DNA of 63,307 bases, counting the filler, from Reticulomyxa filosa (taxonomy: Eukaryota > Protista > Foraminifera): assembly GCA_000512085.1 (NCBI GenBank). It is 29 parts of 29 records of this genome, joined end to end, with 100 filler letters (N's around TTAATTAATTAA, not from the genome) between each part and the next. Parts side by side here need not be neighbours in the genome. Positions count along the whole stretch, not along the records: positions 47,149 to 50,356 come from ASPP01005904.1; positions 50,457 to 52,388 come from ASPP01024785.1; positions 52,489 to 53,672 come from ASPP01000654.1; positions 53,773 to 56,361 come from ASPP01019277.1; positions 56,462 to 57,679 come from ASPP01013966.1; positions 57,780 to 59,017 come from ASPP01040558.1; positions 59,118 to 60,253 come from ASPP01029668.1; positions 60,354 to 61,353 come from ASPP01045740.1; 21 more parts are not named here. One strand, written 5' to 3'. A model generated the notes under the pieces. It worked only from the letters and a program-made list of their open reading frames with translations, made no database searches and was not told where the DNA came from. Each line of letters starts with the position of its first letter. Positions within the stretch are counted from its first letter, which is position 1. A program made the translations under genes and the position numbers. Of this stretch, positions 50,248 through 62,671 are shown piece after piece.

Positions 50248-52488
50248 CTAATTACAAAAAAAAAAAGTCATCAAAAGGGGGGGGGGGGAAACAGAAAAAA
50301 AACTTTTAATAAAAAAAAGTATCATTATTTATCGTTGATTTATTTCTTTTTTTTTANNNNNNNNNNNNNNNNNNNNNNNNNNNNNNNNNNNNNNNNNNNN
50401 TTAATTAATTAANNNNNNNNNNNNNNNNNNNNNNNNNNNNNNNNNNNNNNNNNNNNGATTCAATTCAGTTCAGGTCATAACAATTTGGTTCAGTTTGATT
50501 TTGCTTGTTTCGTCCAGATCAATTAGATTTTCTTCAATCCAATACAATTTAGTTTTGCTGGTTATGTCTAATTTAATGTGGGCCTGCAACCTGTTTTGGC
50601 AAAGTTATTATCTTTAAATATACAACAAACAACATAAATATGTATAAATGTGTACATTATTTTTTTTATTTATTTTTTTTTTCAAATAAAAAAAAACGTA
50701 AATACTATTTTCAAAAATATGTGCACATATGCATATGTGTACGTGCATACAGACCTGTCCTGTTAGTCATAAGTAAAAAAAAAGAAACTACAAATCGGTA
50801 ACTGTTCATCATCACGAGATAATATCATTCAATTGATGCCATTACACGTTTGCAAATATGTCCAATTATGTTTATTCCAATCAAGTGGCTCGTTTGGGTC
50901 AGTTCTCCAATCTTGCCGAAAATTCTTTTTTGAAAATCAGTAGTCGATCTGTTCAAGTTCGTTGTTGACCCAGCATATATACTTTGCCTTTGATGTGATG
51001 AACTATCTTCCAATCTCATTAATCACCAATGCCTGTTTCCAACGCAGATAAAAAGCCAAACTCGATGATATCACAAGAAACTACAAACCTATGTTTCCTT
51101 TGCTTGTGTTTTTATCATTGTTAGTTTTTAAATATCAAATATTTTTGATATTTCCACAATGGACTTTCGTTTTTCTTTCCACAGGCCTTTTATTTTTGTT
51201 TGATTCTGCGTTTTCTTTTGCAACGGCCTTTGCCACTCATTTATTTTTTTTATTTGGCAAACAAATAATTATACTTTTCATAATGACCCTGCCTTGTACA
51301 TAGTATCCAATGCAAAATGTGGCAATTGGATACAAACAAATAATTTTCAATACACGATATTGCAACTTTGTTGGACAATATCCTTGGGACTCTTTTGCCA
51401 TACGTAGTTGTCTCGATGGACATACTCTTTCAATAATACTTCACATACTGGTTCAGCATATCTGCCATTCTAATCAAACTTTCGAATTGATAAAATATTC
51501 AATTGCATTTGTTCGAGATTATTTCGCCATGCTTCTTGTCAAAATTATACATTGAATGCGCATCTCATGTTCAGTCCGTTGACGTATACGTTGAGGTGGA
51601 TAATACATATATATGTGTATATAATATTGACGGATAAATGTACATTGATGTAAGTAGCAATAGTTATGATACTAAAAGTAACAATTATAGTATGATGAAT
51701 ATATTTGTCAATGTAATAAGATATCTTTAGTATCTGCTGTGAAAATGTACACATCCATTATATATGCTGTACCAATCACAAATTGCGACCATTTCTCCGT
51801 CTGTACTATTAATATATTATCCACTACCGTCGCATATCCACGATGAAATGTCCGCCACGTGATTGAAATACAGAGAACCACACGATGTACATCTAAACAA
51901 TAAAATTAAGGTCGAAGACGCAATAATCTAGGCCAACGCAATTGAAAATTTTATCAATTCGATAGTTTGATTAGAATGGCAGAGACGAGGAACACACCAC
52001 AAGCGATCTTTATAACAACGAACTGAATAATCAATTAAACATTGTAGAATTGGAATATATTGTACCCAAATGGGTGAACAAAGAAATTCACGTGAAGTAT
52101 TATGAGTGAGCCTAGATAAAAGTGGATAATAATATGATAGTTATATAAAAGGATTATTGAAATAGAGTTAACATAGAATATTTCATTAAAGTGAACTTCA
52201 ATTGATGAAGAGATATTATTGAATTTTGAAAAATAGGATAGACGCTGAACCAGAGTGGGAGATGCTTCGAGCCGACTTGTTGATGTCGTCCATAAAAGTG
52301 ATTTTAGCCCTTGATATTAAAAAAATCTTGCAGGGGACTCTATCCTGCAAAAATTTGACCATTAAAAAAGAGGCCCTGTACTGTGAGANNNNNNNNNNNN
52401 NNNNNNNNNNNNNNNNNNNNNNNNNNNNNNNNTTAATTAATTAANNNNNNNNNNNNNNNNNNNNNNNNNNNNNNNNNNNNNNNNNNNN

Positions 52489-52667
52489 ATTAAAATTTTT
52501 GAAAAAATTGTAAATACTTAATAAAAAACCAAGATGATATTTAAAAACTACAAGATTCGTAGATATTTTAAAAAAATTTTAATTAAATGTTGTTTTTTCA
52601 TGGAGAAATACAATAATCTCTATAAGGTGGCATTTTCGGTGTCAACTTTCTTTTTTATCCTGCTGTA
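52489..52667 (+). mobile_element. Tc1-type terminal repeat ending ...ATCCTGCTG followed by TA
   Basis: Nearly identical to 43345-43503 and located at a contig start. Confidence 0.8.
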
Positions 52668-53239
52668 TTACTATTCGTTTATATGCACATTTATTATTAT
52701 TGCTTCAAGCACGCTTTATATAAGCTAACAAACAATAACTATTTATTAATCAAGAGCTCGAAAATTAAAGCCAGTGTATGAAAGTTGTTTAATTGGAAAA
52801 AGAGTTAATTTTTGGATTGAATCTATTATAAGTCGACACTCTTGCGCTATTGAAGTGCTTTAGGTGACATCATATTGTTCATTGGCTAAGAAAAATTTGT
52901 TGTGCAAATAAGAATCTATTTGTGAATGCCACTTTTGTTGGTTAGATTAAATTCGCCAACATTTTGGTGACAAAGTTCCTTTAGTAACGGATTGATGAAA
53001 TCATCAATTTAGAAGCAAATTCGATTCACACGGCGACAAATAAACAAAAAAAGGAATAAAAAATGTACAAAGACTTTGAAGTTTGTCTTTGTTGGGAAAG
53101 CTTACAAGTTTTTGAAATAAACAAACAAAAAAAAAACAACAATAAAGTATTGTAATCTTCAGTGTATTTTTCTTTTTAAAACAAACAAAGCAGCTTTTTA
53201 ATATTTTTTTTTAATCTCACACACGAAAGCTAAAAGGAC

Positions 53240-53620
53240 TCAAGCGCCAAACCGAGAAAACTCTTTGCACAATTCATCAATATCAGTTTGAAAGTGTGCC
53301 GAAGGCATGAGTTTATTTTCGTTCATAACAGTGATTTTTTTGGTTAGCTCTGAGGCATAGTCTTTTGCTAAATTCTTGTTGCCTCTGGTGATCATTGCAT
53401 TAAACGAAAATTTTAGCTCTTGTTTGAAATCTTTGAAGTACTTGGGCATCAAATTTTGTAAAAAGACTGGCATTTCTATCAAAGTGGTGCAGAGTCTAAC
53501 AAGAGAAAGTAAGCCTTCAATTCTGAGTCTTAGCACTTCTTCTTCTTTCTTTTCTTTTTCCGTTTCCTTGTCTTTTTCTTTATCTTTTTCATTTTTTACG
53601 TCTTTATCATTTTTGTCTGT
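53240..53620 (-). CDS. Terminal exon of an unidentified helical protein
   Basis: Coding-like ORF after a T-tract and CAG acceptor, ending in TGA. Confidence 0.5.
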   Translation of the reverse strand, partial: TDKNDKDVKNEKDKEKDKETEKEKKEEEVLRLRIEGLLSLVRLCTTLIEMPVFLQNLMPKYFKDFKQELKFSFNAMITRGNKNLAKDYASELTKKITVMNENKLMPSAHFQTDIDELCKEFSRFGA

Positions 53621-53772
53621 CATAAAAAAAAAAAAAAAAAAAATAAATAAAAAAATAAGAGCCACTACAAAANNNNNNNNNNNNNNNNNNNNNNNNNNNN
53701 NNNNNNNNNNNNNNNNTTAATTAATTAANNNNNNNNNNNNNNNNNNNNNNNNNNNNNNNNNNNNNNNNNNNN

Positions 53773-54503
53773 GGAGTGCGTGCAGTAATTGGTGGAAGCA
53801 ACAATAATTTGTTATAAGTTTATTATTAGTGTATTTGATTTAAATATATTTCAATTTATTAAACATGATACTTTACCTGTTATAAATTATACTTGGATAA
53901 AATACCATTGCTTTGTATCAATGTCAGAATATGGACAAGGACAAACAAATAATAAAAATTTTGTTTTGTGATAAGACAGGATTATCAATTGAGTATGATG
54001 AAGATAGCAATATTTTTCAATTTCATCGGCTACCTGTTAATAACAATATTACAAAATTTATTAATTATGCATATGTGTATATCAATGATATCATCTTGTT
54101 TTTTGGGGATGGAATGATTTTGATTGGGTCGCTTTAAAATCAATATACAAATATTCAATCCAAAAAAACAAATGGACAACATTTCAAAACACTTTACCCA
54201 ATCCATTGTATCATTGTATTGCAATACTGAGCGAAGATGACAATGATATACACATAATTGGAGGAAAAGATATCATAGTATCAACTCATATTAAGACAAA
54301 AGTGTGTACATGGGATGCTTCACATATGGTAATTTTTTTTTTCTTAAACATAAATAAATTTTATTGCATGAAATAAATAATGAACACTCAAAAAATGAGT
54401 TAAAAATTATTATTCAATATTGGACTCGAACTTTAAAGATAAAATTGGGATGGATCAATGATTTTGATAAAATTATTTTCAAATACTGCAGAAAGAAATT
54501 TTG
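53773..54503 (+). pseudogene. Kelch-like family member, frameshifted
   Basis: GVRAVIGGSN, ISVFDLNIFQFIKHDTLP, YAYVYINDIILFFG and IHIIGG occur in shifting frames. Confidence 0.75.
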
Positions 54504-55859
54504 AAATCTAAATTTCAGACAATTGGAATTGGTTATAATTTTTGTAAATTCTTTTAAAAAAGTTGACAGTTATGCCCGTCTCATAATCATAAAATTTACC
54601 AATTTTTCTTAAAAATATACAAAAAGATTAACGATTAAAATAAATAACAAATTATTTTATTATTCATTATTTAAAAAAAATAAAAAGCTGACCCAAATTG
54701 CTCATTCATGAACTAATTAAAAAATGTTACAATATGTAATTGGAAATAGCAATAATCTATCATTTATGAATAAATGCATCTAACATAATTTGTTCTTATA
54801 CGAATAGGGCAACACTGTCAATTCTTTGTACAACTGATAACATTTACTTACAAAGAAAAAAATACAAAAAAATAAACAAGTCCGTTTTCTTGGATGGATC
54901 GTACTTATATTTTTTTACATAAAAGAATAATTTAAAAAAGTAATTAAATCAAAAATCTTTCTGCTCAAGTATTTAGAAAAACACAACACTTGAGTGATGA
55001 ACTTTTGAAAGGAAACACTGGTTAAAAAAATTAGCCTAGAGAACTGAAATATGTATATTCAAACAACATCAAACTGGTGTTACATATAAAGTCTCTTATT
55101 TCACATCTATTTCTTAATGTAATCAAAGCTGAATTAAGTAACGCCCAAAAAGTATTTTTCTGAGATTATCTGTGTCTTCATTACTATTTCATTTATTTAG
55201 AATCTTTCTGCGTTGCTTTGTTATTGTGTGCTGTTCAATGAATATTAGTTGATTATAAACAAATCCATTCAAAAATAAATGATTTAAACATTTTTTTCTT
55301 TTTCTGTTATTTTCAACAACTTGTGAAAATGAAAAACTTTAAAATTGCACACTTTTTAAAAACTCTTTGTTTTTGATTTTTTTTTGGCTGTTTCTACTAA
55401 TAACGAGGACTCTTTTCTTAGAAGAGGAAGGAAGATGTTAATTGAATCTTCAGACAAAAAGGAGTTGAGGAGTCTTAAGTCCAGAAATAGTTTATTGTGA
55501 AAATTTTTTAACCCTCTTGCAAATGCAAACATGTTGAAAAAAAGAATGAACAGTACAATGATTGATTTTTATGGGTTTGGATTTAATTTTGAACAGAAAA
55601 ATCTTCTGTTTTTGCATAAAAAAAAAAGGGAATTATCTCCATTTAATTATCCGTTCAGTAAAAACAAACGAATGAAAAAACTCAAAATGAATTAAGGACT
55701 GACAATTTATTATTTGTTATTTGATTGTTGACCTTTTTTCACATGATTTGAAAATAATTAAGAAAAAATTGGCAAATTTCATGACTATGAAATAAAACTA
55801 AAAACAAAATCATATTTCACAAATATTTGATTGCGCCCCTTCAAAATTTATTTCATCTA

Positions 55860-56361
55860 CTGTATTTCATAATAATTTTATCAAAATCTTCGATCCATCC
55901 TAACTTTATCTTTAAAATTCGAACCCAATGTTGAATAGTAAATCTTATTTCTTTTTTTGACTATTCATCACATGTAATATAATTTATTTGTGTTTGATCA
56001 AAATAAAAAAAACAATAAATAAATAGATCATTACCAACTGTAAAGAGTCCCATACACGCACTTTAGTTTTCATGTGAGTTGATAATATTTTATTTTTTTC
56101 ATTTTCTCCTCCAATAATGTGTATATGATTGTCTTCTTCACTCAATATTGCAACACAAGATCTTAATGGACTGGGAAAAATGTCTTGAAATGTCATCCAT
56201 TTGTTTTCTCGAATTGAATATTTGTGCACTGATTTTGAAACAACATAATAATCATATCCACCAAAGAACAAGATTATATCATTGATACACACATATGCAT
56301 AAAAATGGAATGGTTTCATATCATCACAAACAGGTAGTTGATGAAATTGAAAAGTATTGTT
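55860..56361 (-). CDS. Kelch-like family member, partial, convergent paralog of 53773-54503
   Basis: YAYVCINDIILFFGG...VHKYSIRENKWMTF...IHIIGG...STHMKTKVRVWD, with the intron in the same position as in the plus-strand copy. Confidence 0.75.
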
Positions 56362-56461
56362 NNNNNNNNNNNNNNNNNNNNNNNNNNNNNNNNNNNNNNN
56401 NNNNNTTAATTAATTAANNNNNNNNNNNNNNNNNNNNNNNNNNNNNNNNNNNNNNNNNNNN

Positions 56462-56498
<37 letters not shown>

Positions 56499-56509
56499 AA
56501 TACAAAAAA

Positions 56510-57365
56510 TAGCGGATTTAATATTTATGATAATCTTCACCAGCGAAATGACAATGAAATGGGCAGCGTATGGGCTGTACAAAAGCGCTCGGCCGAGCGA
56601 CGCGGACGACGACAAAAGCACGGACGAGCGGGGTTGGAACGGACAAAAGAGTGTGAGTGGAGAAGACGGAAAAAAGAGCAGAAAGAAGATTGAGTCGAAC
56701 ACGTCGATGAACATGGTCGGACAGCGACAGCATGTGGAGCATGTGTCGATAAAAAGAGGAGAGGCAAGTACGAGCAGCAAGCGAAGAATGGGAAGTGGCA
56801 AGAACAGCAGGAACAGTAGCAATAGCAACAGCAATAGCAATAGTCATAAGGGTAGCGAGATGAAAGGAATTGGATATTTCCAAAATGGTTGGAACGTATT
56901 GGATTGTATTATTGTAGCAGCAAGTTGGTTATCGTATGGGACGGAAGGGAGTCATTACACCGGACTCCGAGTGCTGCGCGTGTTGAAGCCTTTGAGGACT
57001 GCGCGAACAGTGACCAAGTTGAGACCGTTGCGGATATTGATTGGTACCATCCTTCGATCCTTCCAAAGTTTGGCCGACGTTAGCTTGCTGTTGCTGTTTT
57101 TTATTGTCACTTTTGCCATTGTTGGCACGCAAATGTTCGCCGGCGCATTGCATCAGCAGTGCTTTGCTTTGCCCTTGTCGCAAATACATCATTTCGATTG
57201 GAGGCAAAACAACACCTTGTGGTTGCCACAAACCCATTTTTGTCCCGACGTGCATCCCTCTCGTATCTCCTCGTCATGTCCTTCCTCTTATCCGTATTGT
57301 CTGTCTATTGCACCTAATCCAAACAGGTTCTTTATTTATTTTGAGCAGAGGAGGTACACTCAAAT

Positions 57366-57405
<40 letters not shown>

Positions 57406-57625
57406 AAATAAATAAAATATATGATATAATCATATAAAATAGCCATCTATCGTCATTCGACTCCTTTCCTGCATCGCTGCTGACAGTGTTTGTGTCCATC
57501 TCGTTGCAAGGCTGGGTTGACATTATGTATCAAATCCAACACTCTGTGTCCCCTTGGGCGTGGATTTATTTTTATGCTGTCACTTTTGTTGTTGGCTTCT
57601 TTGCTGTCAATCTTTGTCTTGCTGG
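56510..57625 (+). CDS. Voltage-gated Ca2+/Na+ channel superfamily, repeat-I-like S2-S6 fragment; intron 57327-57442
   Basis: S2 IIFTSEMTMKWAAYG, S3 YFQNGWNVLDCIIV, S4 LRVLRVLKPLRTAR, pore SFDSFPASLLTVFVSISLQGWVDIMY and S6 VGFFAVNLCLA. Confidence 0.92.
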
Positions 57626-57644
57626 TACATTCATCTTTCATTCT

Positions 57645-57679
<35 letters not shown>

Positions 57680-58103
57680 NNNNNNNNNNNNNNNNNNNNN
57701 NNNNNNNNNNNNNNNNNNNNNNNTTAATTAATTAANNNNNNNNNNNNNNNNNNNNNNNNNNNNNNNNNNNNNNNNNNNNATAAAATAAATGAAATAAATA
57801 AGTGCAAACAAATTTTGTTACACGTTAATAATATTAAAAATATAAGATCAGATCGGTAAGAAATTCAATATCTTACCAAACTTTAATTTTTCTATTCGTC
57901 TAAAGGAAGTTGGAACTTTTCATCTTCCTTTTTTCGAAGAAAAACCCAAAGGGCCGCAGTCTTACTGCAATATGGAAATTTTCACCGAAATGTGAAAATT
58001 TCCTCTCAATCTCTTTTTATTCTCTTGTAAATTTTGCTGTCCTAGCTGCAGTTTTTTTAAATAGTTACTAAGTGTTTGTTGAAAAAGTGACATTTTGTGA
58101 CTA

Positions 58104-59017
58104 GATGACTGAATTGGCTAAAATGGTGAAAGAATTGTCTATACAAAAACAATTAGAACAATACAAAAAAGTTAGATTCAAAAATCAGTAAGTGAAACTT
58201 GGTGTCCAATATCACTGAAATAGTACAAATATACTTCTTACAAATAAGAAAGTTTTGATTTGCAAAAAAAAAAGGACACTACAACTTTTTTTTTTTTTTG
58301 AATTGTTTTGACGCTTTCTTTGCAAATGAAATGGTAATAACAAAAGGACGAAGACATAGTAAGAAGGAGTAGAAAACTTGCATTTGCGTCATGTGTCAAG
58401 ACCAGGTCCAATTGCTAATAGCGAGCTCGTTGACGCAAAAGACCTCTTTGCAATTGAAGAAAGAGTTGTAGGGCTGCATACTGATCAATGGAATCTACTG
58501 CGTACAAGAAAGTATCGATGACAAATGGACAATCATCTTTTCCATGGCCATTGGTCAAAGGACCAGACAAATGGAAAAATTTTCAACCTGGAGATATTTT
58601 GGACGTTCAAGTTATATATGTATATATGTATATTTATATATTATTCAAATTTGTGACAAAATTTTTTTTTTTGGATCATTGGATCGGAAATGATCATAAT
58701 GCTCTATCCACTGTCTACGACATCAAAGTTTGTATTTGTTATTGTGTAAATACAATATGAATATATTTCCTTCTTTTTTTTTAAAAAAAAAAATTATGTG
58801 TGTTTGTAAAAGATGCTCAAAGTTGCAGATGTGGCAATGTTAAAGAAAGCCATTGCAAAACAATTTAATGTGACAAGTGGATGATTTATTTGTTTGTGAT
58901 ATGTGGAAAAACAAAATCCATCACGACTTGAAAAACCGTGATATGATTGCAGAAGTCAATCGTCACAATGATGACATTGTCGTGTATTATGTACCAAAGC
59001 CGTCAGCATCAGACGAT
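58104..59017 (+). pseudogene. USP4/15-like deubiquitinase fragments (DUSP-like and UBL-like segments)
   Basis: RPGPIANSELVD (DUSP PGPI.NS.L) and DDLFVCDMWKNKIH...DDIVVYYV. The frames are broken and no catalytic Cys box is seen. Confidence 0.45.
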
Positions 59018-59439
59018 NNNNNNNNNNNNNNNNNNNNNNNNNNNNNNNNNNNNNNNNNNNNTTAATTAATTAANNNNNNNNNNNNNNNNNNNNNNNNNNN
59101 NNNNNNNNNNNNNNNNNTTTTTTAAAAAGTTTGATGCATGAAATTTTAGTTCATGTAGTGGAGTTAAACGATATTAACATTTTTAACTACCTCATGAATA
59201 AAGATGATGAAAATGCGAATTAATTTGAAATATTTTTAAAAAATTTGATTGCTGAATAGATAGTTATTTTTCAAAAATATAAAATTTAACATAAAAATTA
59301 AAAACAACAAATTTATTATGCATTTGACGAGATGAGCCACAAGAAGACACTGCAAAAGAAACACCAAAAGAACAAGCAACACACAAACCAGACGTTGCAG
59401 CAGAAAACGCTGACTTGGAAAAGGAAAACATATCGACAT

Positions 59440-60200
59440 TTGAAAAGTTAATTTTATGATCGCAGCAAATTTTACTGCTTCCTCCAAGATGAATCCACTG
59501 ATTAACAATGCTGTTTCGAATAACAGCCACACCAGATCTTTAATTGTCTTGTCAGATTGATCTTCTGCAAATTTTTCTTTTAAGTTAATCACAATCGCGT
59601 TGTTCGGGTTGACTTCCATTGTTTTCTTCGACTGTGTGTATTGAGTCATCGAATTATCTTTAAGGCTTGAGCCTTCATAATTCTTTCCATACGACGACCA
59701 TCCATATTCTCCTGTAACCAAATAGCACATCGAACCAACCATTCGATAGCTGACAATAACTTTTTCCACATTGTGCACCAGGATATCCTTTATTTTTTTC
59801 GTAAGCGATTTATACTCCACTTTTTCGTCCTCTAGTTTCTATAAAAACACACAAAAAAACAATTATACGTAATGTTTTTAGTTTTTTTTTTAAAGAAGTA
59901 TACTACTTTTTAAAAACTAACTTTTTCTTCGGTTAATGGTATAACCAAACATTCTTTGGCAACGCAAATCAATTTCTTTCCATCATATTCTCGCAATAAT
60001 TGGGCCGCGGATACGTCGATAGGCACTAAAAATAAGACTTCCAAGTCTATCTTCTTCAATGCTTCCAAAAACAGCGACACTTCTACATTTGCTCGCGATG
60101 CACCTGTAATGTAATAAGTGTGCTTTTGTTTTTCCATTTTGTAAACATATTCTTTTAGCGACTTGATTTCTTCATTAGATTTGATCGAGTGATATCTCGA
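59440..60200 (-). pseudogene. HSP90: HSP90 middle/C-terminal pseudogene
   Basis: SLKEYV, YYITG, EYDGKKL, VTGEYGWS, SKKTMEVNP and DKTIKDLVWLLFETALLISGF are present. Conserved positions are altered or deleted, and the sequence is truncated with no MEEVD. Confidence 0.88.
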
Positions 60201-60399
60201 CTTCTTTGACACAAATAACAATTCACAAATCTTTTTTTTTTGTCTTAAAAAAANNNNNNNNNNNNNNNNNNNNNNNNNNNNNNNNNNNNNNNNNNNNTTA
60301 ATTAATTAANNNNNNNNNNNNNNNNNNNNNNNNNNNNNNNNNNNNNNNNNNNNAAAAAAAAATATGTATATAATAGACAATGACATTAGTGGGGGTCCC

Positions 60400-61350
60400 A
60401 GCATAACGATATGCTCAAACAAAGGCCGCAATGGCAATATGTACAAAACATCAATGCAAATGCAAGCACAAGAGATGGAATTGTGATCAATCAATCTACC
60501 TTAATTCGTCGTGTTGTCACTGTTGGACTTGTGACAAGAGGCAAGAATTCTTGCTCGGCGATTGGAAATCCAAGTGGAAGTATTGTGGTGATTGTGAAGG
60601 CGATCAATATATTTTCGTCACAAGTTGGTGTCGATATGTTATGCATTGGACACCAGTGTATTGGACTTGTGGGGTATTATCTCAGTTGCATCACACAATG
60701 TCACGTACATAATGAAGGACAGAGAGGACATATCACAATGACGACTGTGTGCTGCGCAACAAAGAAACGAATGGACAAGTGCACGCAACATTGACACCTA
60801 AGGTCCAAATGATTCTTTTTTTTTATTTATGTGTGAATAGGTCTTTTAATAATCAATAAATATATGTACATAATTTTTTTTTTAAATAACAAAACAATTT
60901 ATAATTAAAACGTTTACGCATATTGTATGCATTGTACATGTTATTGGAAAAAAAGTTAGACAATGACGACAATTGACGACGACAACGGTAAAAAACGGAG
61001 CAAGTGTATTGATGATTGTAAAGGCAATGGACCAAACTGCGTTTCAAAAAAAAAGGTAAAGTTTTTAATTTTTTTTTTTGACATAGAGACAATATTTGTG
61101 TGTTTTCACAACAGTTCACAATCGGAGGTGGCTTCTATCCCTTTTTTTTTTTCATCACTGTCTCCGAAAGGAGCAAAAAAGGTTTGTTATATATTTTTTT
61201 TAAATAACAATATATTAATCTGTTGTATGATTGTATACAGGAGTCACCCGTCCACAAACAGCGTTACATTTTTGCCCAATGCCCTCAACACACACAAAAT
61301 ACTTTGGGGTCGAAGGCCACTCCGTCTCCGAAAGGGGTAATAACGGTGTG
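60400..61350 (+). repeat. Second copy of the decayed family at 16870-17750
   Basis: Colinear shared motifs, including two CTCCGAAAGG modules at ~61160 and ~61325, each followed by a GT donor-like site. Confidence 0.6.
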
Positions 61351-62671
61351 TTANNNNNNNNNNNNNNNNNNNNNNNNNNNNNNNNNNNNNNNNNNNNTTA
61401 ATTAATTAANNNNNNNNNNNNNNNNNNNNNNNNNNNNNNNNNNNNNNNNNNNNCCACTTATTGGCAAACAATTAAACAATATCAAAATTTGATGGGATAT
61501 CAATACTCAAAGTCCTTTTTAATTACATGTTGACTCTTTCCTCTGTGAAACATATTTTTATAAAATTTTATATTCAAGTATTAAAAACTTTGAATGTGTT
61601 TTCTTTTTTTGCTATCATTTGCTTAAATCGGTTGGTCTTTTTTGTAATAGAACAAGTCACATAAAAATGACTTTTCAATTAAAGTTTGTTGCAGTGAATT
61701 CTTTTTGTACACATTTTATTTTTATTTTTTCTTTATTCAACAAATCAAAAACTTTGAACAAAAAGTGTCTTGATTTTTTTAAATTAACAAGAAAACATTA
61801 TTTGATCAATTCCGTTTGCCTAAGCCTACAAAAGAAAATTTAAATCGTAATATTTGAAGATAAAAAAATCAAAATGAAGATTCAATTCAACTGATGGCAT
61901 CAAACAAATGAATTGTTGTACTTTTGATTATTTTTTTCTTCAATAGTTCATACAACAATTTTTTAAATCAGTACAAATTTTGTTCAAGATATTTGAAAAT
62001 CACAACAAATGCAGAAGTTAGTCATTTAAAAAAAATCCAGTGAATTACAATGATGAAAACAAAAACAAAACCATTATATTTTACAAGTTATGATAAAAGT
62101 TCTGGTTGAACCCTTTTTTTTTTGTTGTTGTTTGTCTTCTTCTCGTTGTTTTTTTGGCTTGCTTTGGGATTTCGTTGATATCTTTTGTTATCCCTTGCAA
62201 GGCAAGCTTGTCTTGTTTTCTTTTAAAAAAATTTCTGGTCCCGTTTGTCGGACTTAGTGAGTGTCTGTTAAAAATACTTGGCCAGACCATTGCCAAGTGA
62301 GTCGGTGATAACTGAAAGGGTATCTTGTCATATATAATTTTTGTTTGTTTTCTTGTGCTTTCAACTCCGTATGAAAACACATAATATTTTTTTAAATACA
62401 TTTGTACAGTCAGCAACGGAAACGGCGTTATTGTTAAGCTTTGCGTTTGCCAAAATAATCAGCAAATTGAGCAAGCACAGCAACAGTTGCTTGAAGGTAG
62501 TGTATGTTCGCAATTTGTGTGCTTGTGTTTTGGAAGTTTCAATTTACGAAATGGCCAACAAATTGGTATGTAAAAATTAAGTCGTGTGTCGGCCAACAGT
62601 TTCACAATTACAATGCTTGCCAACGTCTATATATGTATTTTTTTATTTAAAATTTATTTAAAGTAATTAAA

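Noticed and set aside
50457-52388. Coding-like fragments in this contig, and similarly at 6880-7750, 9964-10597 and 40878-41942
   Set aside because: They are probably decayed genes, but no family or reading frame could be supported.
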